Shown: positions 35,790-47,100 of the stretch, piece by piece
Position numbering within the stretch: the first letter of the stretch is position 1
Layout of the letters: every line of letters begins with the position of its first letter
Source: Setoptus koraiensis
Taxonomy: Eukaryota; Animalia; Arthropoda
DNA length: 64,000 nucleotides
NCBI GenBank assembly: GCA_048013815.1
Contig: CM106585.1
Coordinates: 6,820,001-6,884,000, forward strand
Direction of reading: 5' to 3'
The notes under the pieces: generated by a model
What the model was told of the DNA's origin: nothing
Database searches by the model: none
Seen by the model: only the letters and a program-made list of their open reading frames with translations
Position numbers and translations under genes: made by a program

Positions 35790-37157
35790 CTAACTGCATT
35801 CAAGATTGAATTCGTGACTCACAGTGTTAGTCAAAATTTGATTTTTTGGCGTTTCTTGCAACAAACAATTATCCAGCATGACACAATTTTGTTCATCTCT
35901 TTGCTGTATTTGGTTGTAAAATAAATGATTATAGCTGCCATTTCTATAGCGACCATCCTGTAGTTGAAATTCATCATCTCCTAGTGAACCAACTCGATTA
36001 TCGATTGATGGAAAAATTGTATGACTGAACTTGTTGTTTGTATCATTTAATTCATCATTCAATCTTGCAGCATGTCTTGATTGTTGAAACGGTTGCTCAA
36101 CCGGACGAGTACTTGACCCGAATTCATTGTTAATACTAATACAACTATATATGTCGTTGGGGTTGGCGATAGTCGCACATCTCATATTGACGTTAGTTTC
36201 GGCGATGCTATCATCAGTTGGGGTGAATATTGTCATAACATTGGTCGGATGGTAATAGTTTAATTGCTGATAATTGTAATCTCTACGAGCAAAATCAGTT
36301 GTTTCCGGTTCTCTATTCACTGTTACAACTTTGCTTTCTTTCTCGTCTACGCTCGGATGCGTTAATTTTGGACTTTCAATGGACGATATAGGAATAACGT
36401 ATCTAGTTGATGAGGATAACGTCGCACAATCTGTTTGTCTGATCATGTTTTTACTGATCGCATTGATGATGGGCCCTTGGTGCATCGATTGCAACAATGG
36501 CTCTCCGATAGGATCGTGTCTGTCTAGATTAGTGGTTTGCGGCTGATGGGACATTGGAAAAAAATCGCAAGAACTACAACTATTGTTGTCATTAGCGTTG
36601 ATGTAAATTAAAGTGTTTTGTTCGCCTGTTGATTGTCGACAATTACTTGTGGTGATCACTTGCAAGTCGCTTGTTTTTGTCATTCTGTCTACTCTTTTTG
36701 TTTTCATGCGTCGATTCTGAAACCAGACCTTGATCTGGCGTTCACTTAGTTCAAGTTTATTGGCAATCTCAATTCTTCTGGGCCTACATAAATATTGATT
36801 AATTGTAAATTCGCCCTCAAGAATATTCAATTGTTTTTGGGTGTAGGCTGTTCGCAATCTTCTGCCGACTGCATTTGTGATTTTGATGCGGCGATTTTTA
36901 ACAACTACAGTTGTTTTGCATTTGTCCGATGTGACGGCACTCGATGATTGTTGGTCACCATTTGATTGATAGTAATTCTGCTTATATGTAATATCTGATT
37001 CATGCCGGTTGCCATCAACTAACATTGTCTTGATTGGTTCCGATGGTCGACATGCTTCTGTATTAGTCATTTGTACTTGAACAGGTATTGCGACTGCACC
37101 ATTGTTTAACTGACTAGTTACTGAAGCGCATGATGATTCTTGTGGGGATGCAAACAT
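35790..37157 (-). CDS. ANTP-class Hox-like homeodomain protein, paralogy group 2/3 (proboscipedia/Hox3-like), intronless, 455 aa
   Basis: The homeodomain at ~36690..36863 reads [64 protein letters not shown] is diagnostic for PG2/PG3-type domains. Confidence 0.9.
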   Translation of the reverse strand: MFASPQESSCASVTSQLNNGAVAIPVQVQMTNTEACRPSEPIKTMLVDGNRHESDITYKQNYYQSNGDQQSSSAVTSDKCKTTVVVKNRRIKITNAVGRRLRTAYTQKQLNILEGEFTINQYLCRPRRIEIANKLELSERQIKVWFQNRRMKTKRVDRMTKTSDLQVITTSNCRQSTGEQNTLIYINANDNNSCSSCDFFPMSHQPQTTNLDRHDPIGEPLLQSMHQGPIINAISKNMIRQTDCATLSSSTRYVIPISSIESPKLTHPSVDEKESKVVTVNREPETTDFARRDYNYQQLNYYHPTNVMTIFTPTDDSIAETNVNMRCATIANPNDIYSCISINNEFGSSTRPVEQPFQQSRHAARLNDELNDTNNKFSHTIFPSIDNRVGSLGDDEFQLQDGRYRNGSYNHLFYNQIQQRDEQNCVMLDNCLLQETPKNQILTNTVSHEFNLECS

Positions 37158-39114
37158 TTCGATGATTTTCGCTTTTAGCTGCTCATTTCTTCAGCATTGA
37201 ACAACGGTGATTTGCTGCAGTGGACGCGTTATAGTTACAAGACAGTTAGTTGGTATGCTGTGTGACAACCATTGTAGATAATTTAGTAATAATTTTCATT
37301 TTTTATCCGCATATTTTGGTAGTATTTTCGACAAACGTAGTAACCAATTTGTCCGGTGTTCGTTCGGTGAGCAATGAATCTCGTGCCGAGTTGATCCGAA
37401 GTGTGTAAACTCGAATGAACTTGTATTTTTCCATCAGCACTGTCCCTCGAATGAAACCGAACGGATAAAAGAAGTCTCGTCGATGTAGCTCGGACTACGA
37501 AATGGTGAGTAACATTATCTAGCATGTAACTTTCAGCGTGTAGCATCTAACATCTGGATTGGAATATCAATCTGGCGTGAATAAGACTAGAGAACATGAC
37601 ACGACATTCTTACATTATCAACACCTAAAACCGACAGATAAACAGATAAATTCTGTCGTCTCAAAGATTCATAACTGAGCAGACAAGATGAGAGAAAAAG
37701 AGAAATCCTGTCACTTTCTATTCGTCGCCAGCCACAAAGGTTGCTGCCTCTCTCGCGCTCTTGTTTTATCTTACGCATGATCTCCTTATCAATGAGCCAA
37801 CACATCTATACTAATATCAGCTATGTGATATATGGTTTGTGTGTCTGTCTGTGATCAATCATGCACCTCAATTCCAACTTGTACACATTGTAACAAGTGA
37901 TGAGAGTCTCGCCAAAGAAAAAAGAAGGATAGCATGCAGAAGAAAGTTTGCAGTTGGACTGGAATCGCTTCACAGCACCAAGTTGCCTTATGTTGTGTGT
38001 CTGACTTGGGTGATGGCAACTAACCCAACTGTCTCTGGTTTGCCTCCGCAAATCGACAACAGCAACAACAACAACAACAACAACGACGACAACAAGATGT
38101 AGAGCTGCCTCTAAGCATGAGATACATGATCGATGTGAGAATCAAATGTTGCCCAAAGTAGTTGTGTATCAACCTTGAATATTATCCACAACAGAAGGAT
38201 TTTCTTTTTGAGTGACTTATTGTCGCTTCGTGAGTTACTACCGGTTAGTCAGTTTAATACGAATGAATAATCTTGTCTGTGACACGGCTTGTCGGGCGCT
38301 GGCAACTATCCGTGTTGCTTGGTCGTGCCAGCAATGTTATATAATAATCACACTATAGTGTTACTATCTGTAACTATCACATAAAATGGGCCCAACAATA
38401 AGTTGCAAGTCGGATTGTTGATGACATTCTTGCATGAATAAGATTGAAGGCGAAATTTGTACAGTCGAACACAGTTAGAGAATTCGTTTAGAAATGAGCC
38501 ACAAGAGCTGATTCAGTCGGCCAAAGTACGTTGTTTGAAACTGTGAATTGTCTCAATCAACGATGTATTTTATTTATTTGCTCACTCGAACAGGTCGCAT
38601 TGAATTCAAAACTGTCTGTCCTATCGACTTTTGACGTGACAAAGAATGTGTTCGATTTTCGATGTTTTTTTTTCAACTATTTCAGAGGGGCACGAGAATA
38701 TCATAGTTCGACAAACCTCCACCAGGCGACCGGAAACCGACTACCCGACTTCCTGTGACAAGCACCCTTTTTCTCGGTAGCGAAGTTTTTCGCGAGACAT
38801 AATTTTACCCGAATCTCGAGGATCTAATTGGAATTTGTCTTGATCTCGCATCGAAAGGTGCCCTAAAGGAAAGATTGACAGCGCTCAAATGTATAGCAAG
38901 TATAGCCAATCACATCGAAGATAGTCATCTAATGCCATTGATGACCCGCATGATTTTGGGTCTGCGATTCACGGGTATTCAGCTGGATGACGATGTAGCA
39001 TGGGAAAATGGAAACATCTCCAGCAATTATATAATCTTCTGAAGCTATACAACGGTAAGATTCATAGTGTATATCTCACATTTCATGTATTTCATGCATT
39101 TCGAATTCTAGATT

Positions 39115-40761
39115 CTAATGTACCTCATCAATAACAATCTTGGCAGCGCCCTCTTGAGCGTCGGCAGTCAAAAGGAAGTTGACACGAATATCGAGCTGCC
39201 TGAATGTCGCCTCTAAAATTGACCTCATTAATGAATTCCTTCGAATGACACTGCCAATACAAACAATCTGTTCAATGTTATGTGTCCTCAATAGCTCCGA
39301 TGGCATCATCGTAAGTATATTGTTGATTATACCATGGCACAATGAACTCATGATAGTGGCTACATTTAAATTATCACCCTTTATATTCTGTATACTTCCG
39401 GTCAATGTTGGATCGTGACGTTCGCCAAATATCCTGGGATCAATGATAACACTTGGTTTGTTGGCTGGTTTGTGGCTCAACAAAATGTTCCAAATATCAT
39501 CTACTTGTAAACTACTGGACTCACTCTTTGCGAACATACACACTAATCCATGAACAGATTCAACAAATTTTTGAAGGACATTGCCTCCATTCAAACTTGC
39601 TGCAACCAACAGGAACTTGCCTCTTAAATAAGGTATCACGGTTAGGGCTGGATATTGTTCCATTAATTGTTGTGACGGTAACTCATCTAATACAATTGCC
39701 ATTTGTACAGATGTGGAAATATTCAAGATAGCTGCCTTGCTACGATAACTTAAGCAAACTCTAGCACTGCATTGCATGTCTCCATTTTCTACATACAATT
39801 CTATACCCTTGGGCAAAAGCAACCATCGGCTTCTACTCAAACCTAAATAGGTACCAGACGGCAAGATCTTTGGCAGCAAGAATTGAGACTCGCCGGTTTC
39901 GTTTGTTTCAGTGTGAATCGTTTTCACTGGGAAGCCCAATCTCTGCAAACTTTTTTCGCGCCAGGAAGAATTTTCAATGTTGTAAAAGCCCCAGCTGGCC
40001 GCTATTTGATCCGATATACAATATGATTGACACATATTGGCCTCAAAATTCATAGTCAACAATGCACTTTTTTTGTCTTTCGTTTGGTCTAATATGGCCA
40101 AGTCCTCCAAAGTGCAATTGATGCTCTTTAGCATCATTAATATAATTGTCATGGGTGTTCCGCATCTATTGAATCTGTTCAGATATTCCTTATCGTTATA
40201 GACAAACCACAAGGCAGTTGTAAAGCCAAAACCATTACTCAATTGGCCACAACAACTATCAGTCCGGGAATTACTACCCTCCAAATCTTCTCTACATTCT
40301 ATTTCGGCTATTATATTATTGTCTGTGATTAGTTTTCTTATGAAATCTTGACTGCATCTGCTGTCTTGCCAAGTAATGAATGAGCTAAATCTTTTGTGGT
40401 CTATCGTGAAGCGTTCGCTCACGGGATCATAGTTCCATGGATACCGATCAATTGAATCATTGCTAGTGTTCTCATTCCAAAAAATGATACCATGCATCTG
40501 GCCACAAATTCCAAGTTTTTTAGCTTGCATTCTATAGCTATGCTTCAACCTTTCCATACATTTCTCAATAGTCTCCAGTAACAGTATAAAGTTCATTTGA
40601 TGATAACCATGACTTTCTAGACTTTCGAAAGCGTCATTTGGGTACTTTTCACTTACTATTTCTAAAACTTGGGTCACATTATCATGTGGCCTACTTCTGT
40701 ATGCGCCCACTTTGATTGAGGTTGAGCCAATATCAATACCTATCACTATTATTTCTTCCAT
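39115..40761 (-). CDS. SHPK: Sedoheptulokinase (FGGY carbohydrate kinase family), intronless
   Basis: IGIDIGSTSIK, GICGQMHG, ITWQDSRC, GDMQCS, LNISTSVQM, VAASLNGGNVL and FGERHDP motifs. Confidence 0.9.
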   Translation of the reverse strand: MEEIIVIGIDIGSTSIKVGAYRSRPHDNVTQVLEIVSEKYPNDAFESLESHGYHQMNFILLLETIEKCMERLKHSYRMQAKKLGICGQMHGIIFWNENTSNDSIDRYPWNYDPVSERFTIDHKRFSSFITWQDSRCSQDFIRKLITDNNIIAEIECREDLEGSNSRTDSCCGQLSNGFGFTTALWFVYNDKEYLNRFNRCGTPMTIILMMLKSINCTLEDLAILDQTKDKKSALLTMNFEANMCQSYCISDQIAASWGFYNIENSSWREKSLQRLGFPVKTIHTETNETGESQFLLPKILPSGTYLGLSRSRWLLLPKGIELYVENGDMQCSARVCLSYRSKAAILNISTSVQMAIVLDELPSQQLMEQYPALTVIPYLRGKFLLVAASLNGGNVLQKFVESVHGLVCMFAKSESSSLQVDDIWNILLSHKPANKPSVIIDPRIFGERHDPTLTGSIQNIKGDNLNVATIMSSLCHGIINNILTMMPSELLRTHNIEQIVCIGSVIRRNSLMRSILEATFRQLDIRVNFLLTADAQEGAAKIVIDEVH

Positions 40762-41744
40762 CCTAGTTTGTACGACAACAAATGTTTACATGGTTCTAAT
40801 TTGTTTTTATAATTTATCCGATGAATAGATGCAGTCGGAAAAATGCTCTACAAACTCTCGATTAGGACCGAATAATCGCTAACATCATCGCAGCTACTAA
40901 AAGTAGGCATTGAAAATGTATCTACCCTCGGTAACAAAAACTGTTGAGTAATCTTTGAAAGTCTATGAGGGATGGTTTATCTGATGACGACTAACAGTGA
41001 AATTTTAGCTACTATAGCTACCAAACACTTGTGGATCATGATATTGTTATAACTACACATGTTAGAAAGATACTTGTGTTTATTCGATTACTATTGTCAA
41101 ACAAAACACATCAGATAAAATCTACAACAATGAAATGTTTTCCATAGCTACTCCAAACAGCTCTTTTTCGCTTATATCTGTAATTTAATCGAATGAGCTC
41201 ACATCACCATGTCATAAATCTACTCAATAGATGTTATTCATGGCTCTTTTTTACCATTTCGAGTTCGTAGTCATACTCGGCACAAGAGGCAAGCTCATGT
41301 ACCATGAACAACTTTTGAACCACCTTTTTTGTCATACACTTTCCCTCGATCATTGTTTACATCCCAACTAACTAGCATGCGAATCATGATTGAACTAGAG
41401 AAGAAAGAAACTGCCGGTAACGATGAGTTCCATTAGTAACCAATTAAAAATGAATATAGTAAGCTTGAAATGTTTTACTAGATAGAATTGACCTCAAGCA
41501 ATCCAATCGAGAGTTTTATTTAGCAACTAAGCGACAACTTGTAATCATGTTGACAAATTATATGATCATTGATAGTGAACATTATAAATACTAACAATTC
41601 AGTGATATACGCTCAGTTGAGAACTTCTGGCCATAAATTGACTGAATAAAAAGAGATCACCGAGTGCTAAAAGATGGACCAGCAACCAAGTCTTTCTACG
41701 TTTAGTTATATTTTAAATACACTTGGTCACACAGACCTCTACAA

Positions 41745-42873
41745 CTAATAATAAAATTTATAGCTGCATGTATAGCTAGTCATCATGATAGGTATTAAAC
41801 AAGCTCCGAAGCTCGTTATTCTAACTCTAAGTTTTAGCGAATCAATAGATGCAACTGATTGGTTATAGTTGTTGTTGACGTTCATATTACTACTATCAAC
41901 TTGTTGTTGATTTTGTGAATTTGATGGCATGCCTGAAAATGGTGCGCCAGACTGAACTACTTGATTGGAAGGTGCCACAATAGATGAACAAGCATTCGAG
42001 GATGTCGGGTTTGTTGAAGTATTTTGAAGGTTTATGATTGTCGGTTTTAATTCCAATCGCATGCACCTATCCTCATATTGTAGATGAGCAGTGATCGATG
42101 AGCTTCTGTCGATTGATTCTAGTGTAAATATTGCGTCACATATGATGATATCATCTTTTGTGTTTTTCGTATCACAGACAATAACATGGGGTATATCACC
42201 GATGAACGATTTAGGCAGCAAAGGGGAGTCTTTCATACAGTCACATTGTGTTCTCGTATTAGATACAGTTAAGTTACGATTATCTGAGCTCTTTATATGG
42301 AATGTATGACCATCAATAGAGGTCTTTTCAGAAGTCGAATTAAGGTTAAAATATTGAACTTGATGTTGGAGGTAAGGGGACCTGAGCCTGGTAATAGTAA
42401 TCAACTCATCATTTCTATTGAGTTGGTAAGAGATTGAATTAGTAGCATTTAGTGTCGATAATATTAGCTCAGATCCTCTGACATGGCTGATCCAAAATTG
42501 ATTGTAGAGCGGTTGTGCAGTTCTATCACCATGGGCCCATGTCTCATGATGATGTTGGTGTTGCGAATGATTGTCCACAATTATTTCATGACCAGATAGT
42601 GTACCTTCTCAAGTCATTGGGTAACAGAAGTAGTTGTTAAATTAGTATTGAAATAATTATTAAATTAGTAAGTATCCTAACAAATACTAGCGGATATCAT
42701 GGAGATAGATCATTGCTATACTTACAGCTTCTCAATACTGATGACATTGTGATAGTCAATCTGAGATTGTTTGTACGATTGATTAGAGTGAAATGGCGAG
42801 AATTTGAGTCTCGACAATCGACTGCCTCTTCTATGGTGATATCACCATTGTTTTGTTTGTGATCAGTCAACAT
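41745..42873 (-). CDS. Degenerate aldose 1-epimerase (galactose mutarotase)-like protein, complement(join(41745..42604,42726..42873)), ~335 aa
   Basis: Segments resemble the mutarotase fold: FTLINRTNNLRLTI, FWISHVRGSELILS, ISYQLNRNDELIT, QYFNL...SIDGHTFHIKS. A GTAAG donor at 42725 and an AG acceptor at 42605 join in frame. Similarity is weak. Confidence 0.5.
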
Positions 42874-44101
42874 TTTGAGCATTGTGTCGGTTATTCACAC
42901 CATTGGTTCTCATCAACTCAAATCAAGTAGTTACTACACCAGTGAGGAAGATTGTGGTTGCTTGTGTTGATTAGATATTGGCGTGAATTTTTTCAGAGCC
43001 AATTTGCTCGTTGAATAATTTGACAACGAAGAATCTCATCTGACTGTGAATAATTTAGGTTGGTTGCATTACATTACTCCAGGCTATCAATGCGGTTCCG
43101 TAGATGTCATTATAGGAGCTAATTTAATCGCCGATTTGTCGTAACTATTGTTGATACATTCTACCCTCGACCAGCCGGCATCTTTCATTGTTCCTAACAA
43201 ACGATATGTTCTCTATGATCGTTATATTTCCTCTTCATTCCTATTTTTAACTAATAACAAGATAAAATTGGTCGATCTTAGCCAATGTTGCTTGAATGCT
43301 GGTTAAATTTTACTTATATAATACGTATATACATAAATTGGATTAAGGATGATGAAAAAGTAGCTGTGGTCTCGGACCATAATCAGCTGTTTTGTTTATC
43401 ATTCTCCGTGGTCTCTGTTTCCTTGGAAGGTGATATTCTAGTTGCAGATTTAACGTAATATATCATTTGATTAAGCCAACCATCATAAAATATCTCATGG
43501 TTTTGTATCTAAAATGTCAGTCTTTTCTACACAGTTGTTCAGAATTCAATTTCACAATAGCAGTCTAGCACACAGTGCGCATTTGTCCCGCACGAACAGA
43601 ATACATTGATAGCTGGACGTCATGACTCACCAATCTGTAACTGACACATACCTTGTGAAACACTTTGTAACCTGTGTTACAGTTATAATGGTTGAGTTGA
43701 AGTTTAAATAAGTTTGAACTATTAGTCTAAGGGTGGCGCTTTGCGTTGATTCCAAACAGTTTTTCCTGATTAAAAATGCACTATAGATCTGTCGATTCAT
43801 AACCAATAATTATCGTCGACCATGAACGGAAGAACGAACATTTATTGTGGAAACCCAAGTGCCTTCACTAGCTTTACCAGTGCGCAACAAGCGCCCCTTT
43901 CGGATGTACACCTCACTGTACGCCACACGTCTTTTGAAGGGTCAGTTTCAGTGTTCTTGTGGGCCGGTAATATACTCTCAGCAAGTTATGTATTATCTCA
44001 ACCCAAAAATCTCAATATCGGGGAGGGAGACAACGCCAACATTCAAAAACAACTTTGCTTTATTATGAAATCAATTCAAAATAGGGGTTTATTTAGACTA
44101 T

Positions 44102-47100
44102 TTAGTATGAAGAGTTACTTCTCAATGAGCGATTTGAGGAGCGGTTATTTGTATTATTGTTCTCCGTTGTTTGCTCTTGTCGCTCTTCATGTTCCTCTTG
44201 TGCTTCCTGTTCGTCCTGATCCTCTTGCTCCTCTTGCTCTTCTTGCTCTTCTTGCTCTTCTTCCTCACCTTCCATCAGTACTGGCTTGACAGCAAGTTTG
44301 ATTTTAGCTTCAAAATCGTCCAGAAGCTGCTTGGTTTCAACTCTTATATTTGGAGTTTTTCTGAAATTCACAATGATCGACGTGATCGACTCATTGACAG
44401 ATTCTATGCATAGCTTGTCCTTGTAGAAATTGAAGTTATCAAACAATTTTCCTAAAGTCTTGTCGGAGTATTTCATCAAGCTAAGACAGAATGCCAAATC
44501 GCACCATTGTCGCTCTATTATAGTGTCAGAGAAACGTTTGCACAATTTTTCCATCAGTTTGTCGACATGACGATCCTTATCAATCAACTCAAACAAGAAT
44601 TTCATCACTATTCGGAAATTTTCCTCTGTCACTCCGAGCTTGGGGTCTGATAGACGCGAAATGATATCCGGCAGGACATTGTAAATCGCATTCAATTTCT
44701 TACTTAATTCAGCGAAGAAATATCTTGAGCATGAAGACAAATCTTCATCATCATCAACCATGAGGTTCGCAATGTTGCTTATTTGACCTTTGACTTTAAT
44801 CATATCTGACAGAATGAGTCTTGATAGGACTTTCAAAGATGCCTTACGAACTCGCACATCCGCATTTTGCAAACAGTCGAATAAGTGTGAAGTCCATGGA
44901 TCCAAAAGATTGGGAAACCTGATGCAGAGATCGCTCACTGCAATAATCAAGTTTATCTTGATCTCGCTCTCTTTTGACTTCTCCAAAATAGTGAATAGGA
45001 GTCTGAGATGTTCACTACAGAACTTTTCACTGACCATCATATACTTGGCAAGACATAGTGTTGCTGCTAACCGTAATTCTAAACTTGGATATCGACTAGG
45101 GTCTCGTGAGACTATGTTAATAACTTTACTCATCTTGCCTAAAAGATTGCCTCCGACCACCAATTCGTCATCACACATGGCCTCCAAAAATTCCATTTCT
45201 GCATCTTCAAGAGCATTCGCTCCACCTAGACCTATTTCTTCCTCAAGGTTCATTTCGGTCATTGATGCAGATAGGGAAGGTCGACCAAATCTTCTAGATC
45301 TCCTTCGACTGGATAAACTAACATTATGAAGGCTCTTGCGGTTTTCTTTCTCTTCGCGAAGGCCATTCCTCTGTTTTAGTTCGATGAAGACATTGAGCTC
45401 CAAATGTACAGTCAAATTCAAAGCGACTGAGCCTATGAAATGAAGAAATCTAGCAAGATAAATTGAATTTACTTTATCCGGCGCCTGAGCGTTTTCATTC
45501 AATGGCTCAGTTCGTTCAGTGCCAGCTGAGTTTTGAGAGATTGTGCGCGTCTCAACTCTTGCTCTTTTCTGGCGACTGCTATCATTACTATCATGTTCCG
45601 AGCTATTACTAGTGTTAGGACTTCCCCTCGAATCATTTGGTGTTTCTACAAGGTCCGGAGACTCAATCCGACCGCCAGTTCCATTAATAGTTGGCTGAGT
45701 GAAAATTCCGGAAGCGTTTTGGGCATGACTCAGCAATTCATCAACCATTCTACAGTAAATTTTCTCGCAAATTATCTCTGGATTTTCGGACATTTTGAAT
45801 ATTACTTTGATGGCCTCGTCACACATGGAATACCAATGAGTACAGTTGACGTTGTGTAGACTATCTACAAGGATATCGGATAAACGAGTAAATAATGGCT
45901 CGCTTCTCGATAGCCTTTTTAGGTACGCTGTCTTATCCTCCATACTCAGCTTTTTAGGCAAACTTTTTTGGAGTGCTATGCAAGTTTCTCTGATGAAGCG
46001 CGAGTCAAGTTCAGGTTGTGCCCATCCATTTGTAGCTAATCCATGCTTGACGCACAAGTCTGAATTGTCGTTGATGATGTTCGGTTCAGATCTGGCTAAC
46101 ATTCCTATAAGTTGAATTGAGGCAACACATTGGCTTAGCGTGGTATCTTGTTTTTTCATGGTAAACCTGGCCCATAATTCTTGTTGCATGCCCTTCGTAA
46201 AGTCGCCACTGGCCAAAAAGTTACCCATCAGAACTTCTAATGAAACCATTTCGCCGATCGATGCATGCTCAATGAAGTTGATGAAGTTTAGAACAGTCAA
46301 GTTATTTTTTTCTGCTTGATTGTGACCTTCATATCTACTTGATTCGAAAAAGATTTTCTTGTAAGCATTGGTGACGGTCTCTTTGATAGATTTTTCTGGT
46401 GAGTTTATCAAGAGTATCATTTTTTTGAATCCAACAAGGGCTTCATCTATTCCAAAATTATGACAACACACAAAGAAATCAACAGCTTCTTGAATGTCGG
46501 TAATGCTTTTGGAGTATAATAATTCACAGATGATAGGAATTGATTTATGGATGTGCTCTGTGAATAGTATTGAATCCAAGAGATATCTGACTTGTCTTCT
46601 CTTGATGACTATAGGGTCCTGTGAGGGAGTGACATTGTCTAAAGTTTGATTGAGAATGTCTTTTGTCTTATTAGCTGCCTGAGAGTTGTTTTCAGTTCTT
46701 TGCGAATCGTTTTCAACCTCAGTATCACTACCTTCACCATCTTCATCCTGATCTATCACAGTCTTGTTGGATTCACTTTCTTGAGAAGACTTAGCTCCAT
46801 CAGACATTGCTGCAGCCTGATTCTTTAGTTCCTCCTCTTCAATCAGTTTCTTGAGTACCTCTTTTTCTTCCTCGTATTTCTGTTTGAAAGTATGGAGAGG
46901 CAAACGTTGAGCAAATGGGTTGTTTTGTAACACACTTATAAGATAACGTACTGCACTTTTGCGCACAAAACATGATTTGTCCTGCAACCGTTGAACTATT
47001 CTGCCAGTAACCTTATCTAATCTACGGAGGGGGATGGCGTTTTTTTCACTCAACATACACCAAACCGAAATAGCCTTAGATCTCGTGTAACTTGTAATAT

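Noticed and set aside
43822-44289. 155-aa + ORF overlapping the CAP-D2 3' end; also considered as a structured ncRNA
   Set aside because: The C-terminal half is the antisense of the CAP-D2 acidic repeat and no motif was found. No RNase P/MRP, snRNA or SRP signature was recognised.
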